The notes beneath the pieces are model-generated. The model saw only the letters and a list, made by a program, of their open reading frames with translations, made no database searches and was not told the origin of the DNA. From the NCBI GenBank assembly GCA_965221775.1, contig CBDCSU010000006.1, positions 864,001-928,000 of the forward strand: a DNA stretch of 64,000 nucleotides, read 5' to 3'. A program made the position numbers and the translations under genes. This DNA comes from Candidatus Latescibacterota bacterium. Its GTDB lineage: Bacteria; Latescibacterota; UBA2968; UBA8231. Positions 28,625 through 37,384 of the stretch are shown in pieces (position 1 is the stretch's first letter; every line of letters begins with the position of its first letter).

Positions 28625-28846
28625 ATGGACAAACTCATCAAACCCCAGAAGCAGTGCTACACCGGCGAGGACGCCCAGGTCCTGGCCTATGCCCGTGACT
28701 GCGAGATTGCCTGGGGCGTCAGGACCTGCGTTGGCTTCACAACCATTGGATACGTGGTGACCGGGTCGCCTTGGGGTGCCGTGGCCGGTGCGCTCTTGGC
28801 CCTCGCTTACATCGTCTCCATGGCGTCGTACAACGGTCACATCTGA
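28625..28846 (+). CDS. Putative RiPP/bacteriocin precursor peptide 4 (73 aa)
   Basis: RBS AAGGAG. Leader MDKLIKPQKQCYTGEDAQVLAY, core with C-x8-C followed by a hydrophobic hairpin. Confidence 0.85.
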   Translation: MDKLIKPQKQCYTGEDAQVLAYARDCEIAWGVRTCVGFTTIGYVVTGSPWGAVAGALLALAYIVSMASYNGHI

Positions 28847-28945
28847 CCTTCCCCCCGGGGATTGCACCGCGTCTTGCTTGAGCGTCGACAAGACGTGTAG
28901 TACTCACTGACCGACCAAACCCTCAGCGCCCCGTAGATGCCCCCC

Positions 28946-30658
28946 ATGATCACAACACTCCTGTCGTCCCTGCCCCGGATTTCGGGAGCGTTCTCCTACG
29001 CGGTCCGGGTCGAAGCCCGCACCATGCGCCACGAGGCCCGGTCGAAGCCGGGGGACTTCTGGCCGGCCGCCGTCATCCACGCGGCGGCCGGAGGGTCCTT
29101 CCTGCTGGTTCTCTGGATCTCCCTCCACACCCTCAAGGGGATCCTCGGCGACGGGGACCCCGAGCTGTCCCTGGCCCTGGCCTCCGCGTTTCTCGCCTCC
29201 TACGCCTTCCTGTGGTTCTGCATCGCCATCGGCTTCGGCGGCGAGATCGTACCCATCTCCCGCCTGGAGAAGCTCGCCGTGCTTCGATGGACCCCGGGGC
29301 AGGCCTACGCCGCGGGCCAGGTGATGGCCGCGTTCCAACCCCTGCACCTGTTCTTCTCCCTGGCCTTCCTGACCACCGGGCTCACGCTCTTCCCGCCGGC
29401 CGGCGCCGCGTCCGTCCTGTTCACGTGCCTGGCCACGGGCGTGGCCGCGTTCGGCATGGTCGCCTGGATCCAGGGCACGCGCTGCGCCATCGAGCTGGTG
29501 TCGTGGAAGGGCGCGCTGTGGACACTCGCCCGAGTCCTGGGGGGCGGGGCGTTCCTGGCTCTCACCCTCCTCCTCGCCTGGTCCGTGGTGGGCGGCGACT
29601 GGATCGAGCGGCTTCGCGGGCTTCCGGGGTCCTGGTTCGAGATGGCGCCCACCAGCCAGTTGGCCCGCGCCTGTCAGCTGGCCGGGGAAGGAGGCCTCGC
29701 GGACCTGCCGGCGCCCCTGGCCCTGCTCGGCGCCTTCGCGGCGGCCGGCTTTCTCTTCGGCTGGCGCCTGACCCGCCGGCGGGTCTTCCTCGCGGGCGGG
29801 TCCCGCCTGGCCCCGGCCGGCCCGTGCGACCGGATCCCGGGCCTGGCCCGGTGGCTCGGGCGGGTCCTGCCGCCGCCCTATCCGAACCTGGTGGCCCGCG
29901 AGGTGCTGTCCACCCTCCGCTGGAGACAGATCTGGATACAGGCCGGGCTCGCCGCGGTATTTGCATGCTGCACGGCCATCCTTCCCGCCCTCGCCCTCTT
30001 TGCCGGCAAGGGGCGCGGCGACTTTCCCTACACCTGGCAGAACGTAATAGGGATCGCCTTGCTCGCCTTCTTCCAGAGCGGGACCGCCGCCAACCTGTTT
30101 TCGAGAGAGGGCCGGGGCGCCTGCGAGTACCTGCTCCTGCCCCTCGACGAGCGGCAGATCCTGGCGAGCAAGAACATCGCCTTCGCGGTGATCCAGTACG
30201 GGCTTACGGCCTTCTGCGCCCCGGCCCTCCTCTTCGTGTTCTGGTTCCACGATCTCCTCGGCGCCGGGTTCCAGGTCCTCGGGGCCGTGGTCCTGGCCCC
30301 CGTGGCGAGCGTCATCGCCGGCAACTATCTCTCGATCCTCAACCCCGCCAGGCAGCCCGCATCGAAGAAGGACCCGAGGGGCCATGTCCCGCGGAACAGC
30401 GGCCTCCTGCAGGCACTGGTGACGACTCTCCTCATCGCCGCGGCGGCCCTGTACTTCTCGATCGATTCCGAGTACCTGCGCCACGCGGCGGCGGCCTTCG
30501 GGATTCCCTCGATCGACTCCGGGTACCTGCGCTACGCGGCGGCCGCCTTCGGGGGCCTGGCCGCCGTGGCGCTGCCGGCGGGGTACGTCGTCGCCCTGCG
30601 CCACCAGACCCGGCTGCTCCGGCAACGCCGCCTCGCCGTGGCGGAAGTGTTCTCGTAA
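28946..30658 (+). CDS. ABC-2 type multi-TM permease
   Basis: Many TM helices and the EGRG..YLLLPLDERQILASKN motif. Followed by an ABC ATPase. Confidence 0.75.
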   Translation: MITTLLSSLPRISGAFSYAVRVEARTMRHEARSKPGDFWPAAVIHAAAGGSFLLVLWISLHTLKGILGDGDPELSLALASAFLASYAFLWFCIAIGFGGEIVPISRLEKLAVLRWTPGQAYAAGQVMAAFQPLHLFFSLAFLTTGLTLFPPAGAASVLFTCLATGVAAFGMVAWIQGTRCAIELVSWKGALWTLARVLGGGAFLALTLLLAWSVVGGDWIERLRGLPGSWFEMAPTSQLARACQLAGEGGLADLPAPLALLGAFAAAGFLFGWRLTRRRVFLAGGSRLAPAGPCDRIPGLARWLGRVLPPPYPNLVAREVLSTLRWRQIWIQAGLAAVFACCTAILPALALFAGKGRGDFPYTWQNVIGIALLAFFQSGTAANLFSREGRGACEYLLLPLDERQILASKNIAFAVIQYGLTAFCAPALLFVFWFHDLLGAGFQVLGAVVLAPVASVIAGNYLSILNPARQPASKKDPRGHVPRNSGLLQALVTTLLIAAAALYFSIDSEYLRHAAAAFGIPSIDSGYLRYAAAAFGGLAAVALPAGYVVALRHQTRLLRQRRLAVAEVFS

Positions 30659-30677
30659 CGGGAGACTGAGACCGACA

Positions 30678-31445
30678 ATGGAACCGACCGTGGAGCTGCA
30701 AGACCTGACCAAGCGCTACCGGTCCACCGTGGCCGTCCGTTCCCTCTCCCTGGGGGTGGAGCCGGGGGCGATCCTCGGTCTGGTGGGGCCGAACGGCGCC
30801 GGCAAGACGACGCTGCTCAACATGATGGCCGGGCTCCTGGAGCCGAGCGAGGGCACGGTGCGCCTCTTCGGACGCACCTACGCCGAGGCCGGCAACGACA
30901 TCCGCGCCCTGACCGGCGTCATGCGCGACGACCCGGGGCTCTACGAGAGCCTCACCGGGTCCGAGCACCTGAGCTTCACCGGCTCGGCGTACGGCCTCGA
31001 TCCCGCGGAGGTGGCGGAGCGGTCGCGCGAGGTGCTGGAGTTCATGGATCTCGAAGGCGCGGCCGGCGAGACCGCCGCCACCTACTCGGCGGGCATGAGG
31101 AAGAAGCTGGCCCTCGCCTGCATCCTCCTGCACCAGCCCCGCCTGGTCCTGCTCGACGAGCCCTTCGCCACCCTCGACCCGGAAGCCGCCCTCCAGGTGG
31201 AGGAGCTGCTCCGCAGGCTGTCGGCCGGCGGCGCCACCGTGGTCCTCAGCTCCCACGTCCTCGACCGCGTCGACCGGCTCTGCTCCGAGCTGGCCTTCAT
31301 CAACAAGGGAGAGCTGATCCTGCGGGGCCCGCCCGAGGAGCTGCGCGCCCGCGGCGCCGAGGGCAAGGAGGCCGGGAGTCTCGAGGAGCTGTACATGGAT
31401 CTGGTCGCCCCGGAGGGGGACCGGCGGAGGCTCTCGTGGTTGTGA
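30678..31445 (+). CDS. ABC transporter ATP-binding protein
   Basis: GPNGAGKTT, YSAGM, LLDEP. Confidence 0.93.
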   Translation: MEPTVELQDLTKRYRSTVAVRSLSLGVEPGAILGLVGPNGAGKTTLLNMMAGLLEPSEGTVRLFGRTYAEAGNDIRALTGVMRDDPGLYESLTGSEHLSFTGSAYGLDPAEVAERSREVLEFMDLEGAAGETAATYSAGMRKKLALACILLHQPRLVLLDEPFATLDPEAALQVEELLRRLSAGGATVVLSSHVLDRVDRLCSELAFINKGELILRGPPEELRARGAEGKEAGSLEELYMDLVAPEGDRRRLSWL

Positions 31446-33184
31446 GCCGGCCCGGCTGGCTCTCCCTCCGGCGCAGGAAACCGGCGGGGGGGTCCCTCCT
31501 CCTCTTTCTCTGGGGCTTCCTCAGGCCCTACCGGCTGCGCGCCGCCGAGGCCCTCGCCGCCATGGTCCTGGCGGCGGCCCTCACCGTGCCCCTGCCGCTG
31601 GTGACGATCTACCTCGTGGACGAGGTCTTCGCCGCCGGCTCGCGGCCCACGCTCCACGCCGTCTGCGCCGGGATCCTCGCCGTCTCGGTCCTCGGCACGC
31701 TCCTGAGCCTGCTGCAGGGCTACCTGCTCACCGTCTTCGCCCGGCGCGTGTTCTTCGACATGGAGATCACCCTCACCCGGCGCCTGCTGGCGCAGTCCGT
31801 CGGCTACTTCCGCAAGGCCGGCTCCGGCTACCTCGCCACCCGGGCCAGCGACGACGTGCGGCAGCTGGGGGCTCTCATGGCCGGGACCTGGATCCAGGCG
31901 ATGAACTCGGCCTTCGTCCTCGTCGCCGGCGCCGTGGTGATGATCGCCCTGAGCCCCGGCCTGGCCGCGATCCTGCTGGCCTTCGTCCCCGTCCTCGCCG
32001 TGGCCAGCGTGCTCGTGGGCCGGAGGGTCCACGACCTCAACGCCGAGGTCCAGGAGCGCCGGGGAGAGACCCAGGCGGTGCGCATCGAGTCCCTGGAGAA
32101 CATCACCGTCGTCAAGGCCTTCGGCGCCGAGCGCCGGCAGCTCCGGCGGATCGCCGGCAGGCTGCGCCGCGAGCTCGACGCCGGCCTGGCCCGCGATGTC
32201 CGGGGGCTGCTGCTCTCGGGCGTCCAGGGCCTGGTGCACGCCGGCGGCTATCTCGTCCTGCTGTGGGTGGGAGGGCTCCAGGTGATGGACGGCCAGCTCT
32301 CCCTCGGGCAGCTCCTGGCCCTCAACTCCCTCCTCGCCTTCGTGCTCTCGCCGACGATGCAGCTGTCCAGCGTCTACCTGGGCGTCAAGATGGCCCTCGG
32401 GATCCTGCGGCGGGTGCGCGACTTCGGCGGGGCCCCGGTCCCCGGGGAGCGCGCCGGCAAGCCGCCCATCGACATCGGTCCGGGGCGCGTGGAGTTCGAC
32501 AAGGTCTCCTTCGGGCTGTCCGGAGGGGCAACCGTCCTGCACGACGTCTCCGCCACTTTCCCGGCCGGGCGGATCACCGCGGTGGTGGGCGGCACGGGAA
32601 TGGGCAAGAGCACCCTCGTGCGGCTCCTGCTGCAGCTGGAGACGCCGTCGCGGGGATCGATCCGGATCGACGGCCGCGACGCGGGCGAGCACGACCCCCG
32701 GAGCATCCGCGCCCACATCGGCTACGTCGAGCAGGAGGTGCACCTGTTCTCGGCGACGGTCCGCGAGAACATCCTCTACGGCCGCCCCCGGGCCACGGCC
32801 GAGGACCTGGCCTGGGCGACGGCGATCTCCGACTGCGACGGGTTCCTGTCGCGGTTCCCCGACGGGCTGGACACGCGCATCGGCGCCAACGGCGTCGAGC
32901 TGTCGCGGGGCCAGAAGCAGCGCGTCTGCCTGGCCCGGGCCATGGTCCGCAGGCCGAGGATCTTAGTCCTCGACGAGACCACCGCCTCCCTGGACCCCGA
33001 GACCGAGCAGACCGTGATCCGCGCCTTGAGGCAGGCCGGCGAGGGCCGCACCACCGTCTACGTGAGCCATCGCCTCGCCTCCCTGGACTTCGCCGACCGG
33101 GTCGTGGTCATGAAGGGCGGGCGGGTGACGAGCGAAGGCCCTCTGCAGGAGGGGGTCTCGTTGGACCGGGCGGCGGCCGCCTGA
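31442..33184 (+). CDS. ABC exporter (fused TMD and NBD, no C39 peptidase domain)
   Basis: TM domain followed by GGTGMGKST, LSRGQKQR, LVLDE. Confidence 0.9.
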   Translation: MSRPGWLSLRRRKPAGGSLLLFLWGFLRPYRLRAAEALAAMVLAAALTVPLPLVTIYLVDEVFAAGSRPTLHAVCAGILAVSVLGTLLSLLQGYLLTVFARRVFFDMEITLTRRLLAQSVGYFRKAGSGYLATRASDDVRQLGALMAGTWIQAMNSAFVLVAGAVVMIALSPGLAAILLAFVPVLAVASVLVGRRVHDLNAEVQERRGETQAVRIESLENITVVKAFGAERRQLRRIAGRLRRELDAGLARDVRGLLLSGVQGLVHAGGYLVLLWVGGLQVMDGQLSLGQLLALNSLLAFVLSPTMQLSSVYLGVKMALGILRRVRDFGGAPVPGERAGKPPIDIGPGRVEFDKVSFGLSGGATVLHDVSATFPAGRITAVVGGTGMGKSTLVRLLLQLETPSRGSIRIDGRDAGEHDPRSIRAHIGYVEQEVHLFSATVRENILYGRPRATAEDLAWATAISDCDGFLSRFPDGLDTRIGANGVELSRGQKQRVCLARAMVRRPRILVLDETTASLDPETEQTVIRALRQAGEGRTTVYVSHRLASLDFADRVVVMKGGRVTSEGPLQEGVSLDRAAAA

Positions 33185-33194
33185 GGCCCGGGCG

Positions 33195-33638
33195 ATGCGG
33201 ATTCCCTCGCGCATAGAGTGGACCGGCGGGGCCGTCCTGATCGGCGCCGCCGCGTGCTCCCTGCTCCTGCTCTTCGGGCTGGTCCTCGTCGACGTGGACC
33301 GGGGGATCCTGGTCTCGGGGGAGGTCACGAAGGCGGACGGCGGCTGGCGGCTCGAAGGCCCGGTGGCGAGGCGGAGTCTCGGACTCCTGGGCGACGCCCG
33401 CTACGTCTTCGCCGCCAGGGGGGGCCGCCGCGTCCTGCTGGGGCAGGTGCGGTCCGTGGGCGCGCGGTTCCGGCAAAGCGAGGAGGGAATCCTCGCAGCC
33501 GTGGAATTCGAGTCCACGGCGGGCGGCAAGGGCCTCCCCCGTCCCCTGAGAGAGGGCCCCGCGAGCCTCTTCGTGGCCACACGGCCTCCAGGGCCCTTGC
33601 TGCTCGCGCTTCTCGAGAAGGTAAGCCCCGCCAGGTAG
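33195..33638 (+). CDS. Hypothetical membrane-anchored protein (possible truncated HlyD-like accessory)
   Basis: Single N-terminal TM, in operon directly after the ABC exporter. Confidence 0.5.
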   Translation: MRIPSRIEWTGGAVLIGAAACSLLLLFGLVLVDVDRGILVSGEVTKADGGWRLEGPVARRSLGLLGDARYVFAARGGRRVLLGQVRSVGARFRQSEEGILAAVEFESTAGGKGLPRPLREGPASLFVATRPPGPLLLALLEKVSPAR

Positions 33639-33741
33639 AGGCCCGGCGGCAGCGGGCGGACGGACGTTCCCGGAGAGTCCGGGAACTTCCAGCGGGGAGT
33701 CTTGCGTCCGGATGGACCTGTCAAACCAGAGAGGTGATGTC

Positions 33742-34512
33742 ATGAGAAGATCGGCAGAGAGCGGCACGGAGCAGGAAGGAGCGCGCCTGGTGGAACGTGT
33801 GCGCCTCCTGGCGGCGTCGCCGCGGCAGGCCTTCGCCTCGATCCTGGAGGGCCGCCCCTGGGTGGACGTATTCGTGGTGCTGAGCCTGGGGAGCGCCCTC
33901 GCCTCGTGCCTCTCCCTCTACCTGGCGGGAGACCAGCTGGAGCTGGTGCCCGCCGGCCTGCTCACCGAGTCCCAGGAGAGTGTATTCGCCCTCCTGAGAT
34001 TCGCGGCGATCGTCCTGTTTGCCTTCCCGGCCACCCTGGTCGGCCTCCTGGCGCCGGCGTTCTTCCTCTGGCTGCTGGTGCAGCTCTTCGAGGAATGGAG
34101 CGACTTCCGGGCGATCCTGGCCGTCGTCGCCCACGCCAGCCTGGTGCTGCTGCTCTCCCAGGCGGCCGACACCCTCCTCCTGGCCGGCCGACTGCAGGGG
34201 GCCGAGGCGGTGAGCCTCTCGGAGATGGGCGCCCAGTTCGATCTGGGTCTGCTCTTCGACCTCGGCGGGGCCCCGGTGCTCGCCGTCCTCCTGTCCTACA
34301 CCAGCCCCTTCAAGATCTGGTTCTACGGCCTCCTCGTCGTGGGCATCGGCCGCGCCTGCCGGCTGACCTGGCCGCGCAGCGCCGGCGTCGTGGCCCTGCT
34401 CCTGGTCGCCGGCGTGGTGCTGAGAGTGAGCTTCACCTTCCTGGCGGACACGGCCTCCGAGTCCCTCGCCGCCGACAACGACTGCCCCGCCTGCGAACTG
34501 CTGCCCCGCTGA
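33742..34512 (+). CDS. Yip1-family membrane protein
   Basis: SPRQAFASI..RPW, FRAILAVVAHA, PFKIW..GLLVVG. Confidence 0.8.
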   Translation: MRRSAESGTEQEGARLVERVRLLAASPRQAFASILEGRPWVDVFVVLSLGSALASCLSLYLAGDQLELVPAGLLTESQESVFALLRFAAIVLFAFPATLVGLLAPAFFLWLLVQLFEEWSDFRAILAVVAHASLVLLLSQAADTLLLAGRLQGAEAVSLSEMGAQFDLGLLFDLGGAPVLAVLLSYTSPFKIWFYGLLVVGIGRACRLTWPRSAGVVALLLVAGVVLRVSFTFLADTASESLAADNDCPACELLPR

Positions 34513-36437
34513 TGGCCAGACATCCGTTCAAGGAACTGACCGGGCGCGGGGTGCGCGTCGCCATCATCGACAGCGGCCTCGACACCTCCCGCCGGGACCT
34601 CGCCAAGAGCGTAGTCGGGGGCGTCTCGATACAGGCCGGAGAGGACGGCACCCTCCGGCGGAGCGCCGACTACGGCGACGAGGCCGGCCACGGCACGGCC
34701 TGCGCCGGCATCATCGGCGGCCTAGCGCCCAAGGTGGAGCTGACCATCATCCGGATCTTCGACGCCTTCCTCACCGCCAGCGCCTCGGTCCTGGAGGCCG
34801 CCCTGGAGCACGCCGGGGAGGAGGGCGCTCACGTCATCAACGCGAGCCTCGGCGTCACCGACACCGCCGTCGCCGGCCGTCTCCGGGACGTCTGCCGCAG
34901 CCTCCACGGCGCCGGCATCTGCATCGTCTCCGCTCAACCCCGCGGCGGCGAGCGCAGCTTCCCGGCGGTCTTCGAGGAGGTCATCGGCGTCGAGGACGGG
35001 GATGTCCGCGGCCGCTACGGGTACCACTACCGCGCCGGCCGGCCGATCGAATGCGTCGCCAGGGGCGGTCCCCGCAGGGTCGCCTGGCTCGACGGGGAGG
35101 AGGCGCTGAAGAGCGGCGCGAGCTACGCCGCGCCCCACATCAGCGGCATCGTGGCGCTCCTGAAGGAGCGGCACCCCGCCGCCGGCCCCGAGGAGATGCG
35201 GACGCTCCTCGAGAGCCACGCCACCCGGCCCCCGAGCGAGAGCCCCCGGGGGCGCGGCAAGAAGGCCCGGGGCGCCGGGGGCCGGGGGCCGCGGCGGCGC
35301 GGCGAGCGGCAGCCGGCTTCGGCGTGGATGCGCCGGGTGGTCCTGTATCCGTTCAGCAAGGAGCTGCACGGCCTCGTCCGCTTTCGGGACCTCACGGGCC
35401 TGGAGGTGGTGGGCGTGGCCGACCCGGCGGGCCGGCGCCTGGTGGGCAAGGACGCGGGCGAAGCGATCGGCTCCGAACCCGCGGGTGTCGTCATCGGCCC
35501 CGCCCTCGCCGGCGAGCTGGCCGCCGGCGACACGGTGATCCTGGGCTATCTCGACGAGCTCGGACGGATCGCCAGACGCGACCTGCTGCGGGAAGCGATC
35601 GAAGCCGCCCTCGCCGGCAACCGCAACGTCTACAGCCTCAACGCGGTGCCCGAGCTGAGGTATGGAGACCTGTACGCCGAGAGCCGCCGCCGGGGGCTCC
35701 GTCTAACCTATCCCTCGGTCTCCATCGCCGAGGTGGAGCGGACGATCCGCGAGAAGGCGGCCCTGGGCAAGATCGCCGTGCCCGTCATCGGCTTCTTCGG
35801 GACCAGCTCCCAGCAGGGCAAGTTCACCGCCCAGCTGGCCCTGCGCCGCCATCTGCTGAAGCAGGGCTACCGGGTGGGCCAGCTCGGCACCGAGCACCAG
35901 TCCGGGCTCTTCGGCTTCGACTACACCTTCCCCATGGGCTACGCCTCGCCCCTCGAACTGCCCCTCCAGCGTTTCGAGCCCTTCGTCGACGCCAAGCTCA
36001 GGGAGATCCACCACGAGCGGAAGCCCGATGTGCTCATCGTCGGGTCCCAGTCGGGCACCATCCCCTTCTCCATCGACGAGCCCCGCACCCATCACTTCGT
36101 GAGCCTGGCCTTCCTGCTGGGCGCCAAGCCGGATGTCTGCGTGCTGGCGGTCAACTGCATGGACCCGGAGGAGTACGTGAGAGACACCATCGACGCCATC
36201 CGGATCGTCGGCAAGGCGCGCACCATCTGTCTGCTGCTGAGCGACAAGCAGAGGCGCGTGGAGAAGGCCCATGGCCGCACCTGGGTGAGCTCCAGGGTCC
36301 TGGAAGCCGGGGAGCTGCGGCAGACCCTGAAGGAGCTGGAGGACCGGTTCGGCCTGCCCGCGGTATGCCCCGCCGACCCCGGGGGGCAGCGCCGCCTGGC
36401 GGAGACCGTGGAGACGGCGCTGTCGGAGGCGGCCTGA
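34512..36437 (+). CDS. S8 (subtilisin) peptidase fused to TIGR04066/DUF1611-like P-loop domain
   Basis: Catalytic triad in AIIDSG, GHGTACAGII and SGASYAAPHISG. C-terminal VLYPFSKE...GTSSQQGKFTAQLALR...GYRVGQLGTE. Confidence 0.85.
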   Translation: MARHPFKELTGRGVRVAIIDSGLDTSRRDLAKSVVGGVSIQAGEDGTLRRSADYGDEAGHGTACAGIIGGLAPKVELTIIRIFDAFLTASASVLEAALEHAGEEGAHVINASLGVTDTAVAGRLRDVCRSLHGAGICIVSAQPRGGERSFPAVFEEVIGVEDGDVRGRYGYHYRAGRPIECVARGGPRRVAWLDGEEALKSGASYAAPHISGIVALLKERHPAAGPEEMRTLLESHATRPPSESPRGRGKKARGAGGRGPRRRGERQPASAWMRRVVLYPFSKELHGLVRFRDLTGLEVVGVADPAGRRLVGKDAGEAIGSEPAGVVIGPALAGELAAGDTVILGYLDELGRIARRDLLREAIEAALAGNRNVYSLNAVPELRYGDLYAESRRRGLRLTYPSVSIAEVERTIREKAALGKIAVPVIGFFGTSSQQGKFTAQLALRRHLLKQGYRVGQLGTEHQSGLFGFDYTFPMGYASPLELPLQRFEPFVDAKLREIHHERKPDVLIVGSQSGTIPFSIDEPRTHHFVSLAFLLGAKPDVCVLAVNCMDPEEYVRDTIDAIRIVGKARTICLLLSDKQRRVEKAHGRTWVSSRVLEAGELRQTLKELEDRFGLPAVCPADPGGQRRLAETVETALSEAA

Positions 36438-36439
36438 AG

Positions 36440-37384
36440 ATGACCGGAGCCATGGGAGCGATGAGGAGGGCGATGCTCGTGGCCCTGGCGGCGGGCGTGG
36501 CCGTGCCGGGATGCCGGACCGGCCAGGGGGGGGCCGCCGTGCCGAGGCACCCGGTCGTCCCCGCCGTGCGCGGCGAGCTGATCGACCGGCTCGCCGCCGA
36601 TGGCCGAGTCGAGTTCGCCGAGGTCGTCGAGGTCGGATCCACCCTGTCGGGCACCGTGACCTGGATCGCCGCGGCGGACGGGATCGTAGCCGAAGGTGAC
36701 CCCATCGCCTCCGTGCGGGGACGGCAGGGGCGAGGCGCCGACGTCCCGGCGCCCCGGGGCGGTGCCGTGGTGAGACGGCACGTGGACGCGGGAGAGAGCG
36801 TCCTCGCCGGGTTCGAGGGTGGACCCGCGCTGGTGTCGATCGCCTCCACGGGGCGGTTCGTCGCCCGCTGCGACGTGGCCGAGGTGGACATCGGTTCCTG
36901 GAGCGAGGACCGGCCGGCGATGGTCGTGGTGCAGGCCTTCCCCGGGGACCGGCTCGAAGGACGGGTGCGGCGGATCTCGAGGATGGGCCGCCGGAGCCCG
37001 GGCAGCCACATGGCCACCTTCGAAGCGGTGGTCGACCTCCAGGAAGCCCCGGACCGGCTGCGCCACGGCATGTCCTGTGTCGTGGAGGTTCCGACGTACG
37101 TGCAGAAGGACGTGGTCTCCCTGCCGTTGCAGGCGGTCGCCATGGAAGGACTCGACGCCGCCTCCTGGAGGGCGCGCGGTCCGGTGGCCGCCCGCGCCTG
37201 GTTGTGCGCGGCGGAGGACCCGGCCGGCGCAGGCTCGGCGCCGGGTTGCCCGCGGGACCGCTTGCGGCCGGTGGAGCTGCGAGTCTCGCGAGGCACGGAG
37301 AGCCGCGTCGTCGTCCGGTCCGGCCTCCGGCCAGGGGATCGGGTCGCCGCCGATGCAAGCGCCCTCGAGGAGGCGGCGGAGTGA
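36440..37384 (+). CDS. Efflux periplasmic adaptor subunit (MacA/HlyD family)
   Basis: Lipoyl-like halves, LRHGMSCVVEV, SGLRPGDRV. Confidence 0.8.
   Translation: MTGAMGAMRRAMLVALAAGVAVPGCRTGQGGAAVPRHPVVPAVRGELIDRLAADGRVEFAEVVEVGSTLSGTVTWIAAADGIVAEGDPIASVRGRQGRGADVPAPRGGAVVRRHVDAGESVLAGFEGGPALVSIASTGRFVARCDVAEVDIGSWSEDRPAMVVVQAFPGDRLEGRVRRISRMGRRSPGSHMATFEAVVDLQEAPDRLRHGMSCVVEVPTYVQKDVVSLPLQAVAMEGLDAASWRARGPVAARAWLCAAEDPAGAGSAPGCPRDRLRPVELRVSRGTESRVVVRSGLRPGDRVAADASALEEAAE

Larger units (their letters stand above)
27659..28945. repeat. ~21-bp motif GGGGCATCTACG(N)GGGCGCT in both orientations around the precursor genes
   Basis: Forward at 27659, 27919 and 28581. Inverted at 28275-28295 and 28925-28945. 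Confidence 0.85.

Noticed and set aside
27659-28945. CRISPR array or integron attC cassette array
   Set aside because: The units contain paralogous ORFs, repeats occur in both orientations, and no cas or integrase gene or clear attC core is seen.
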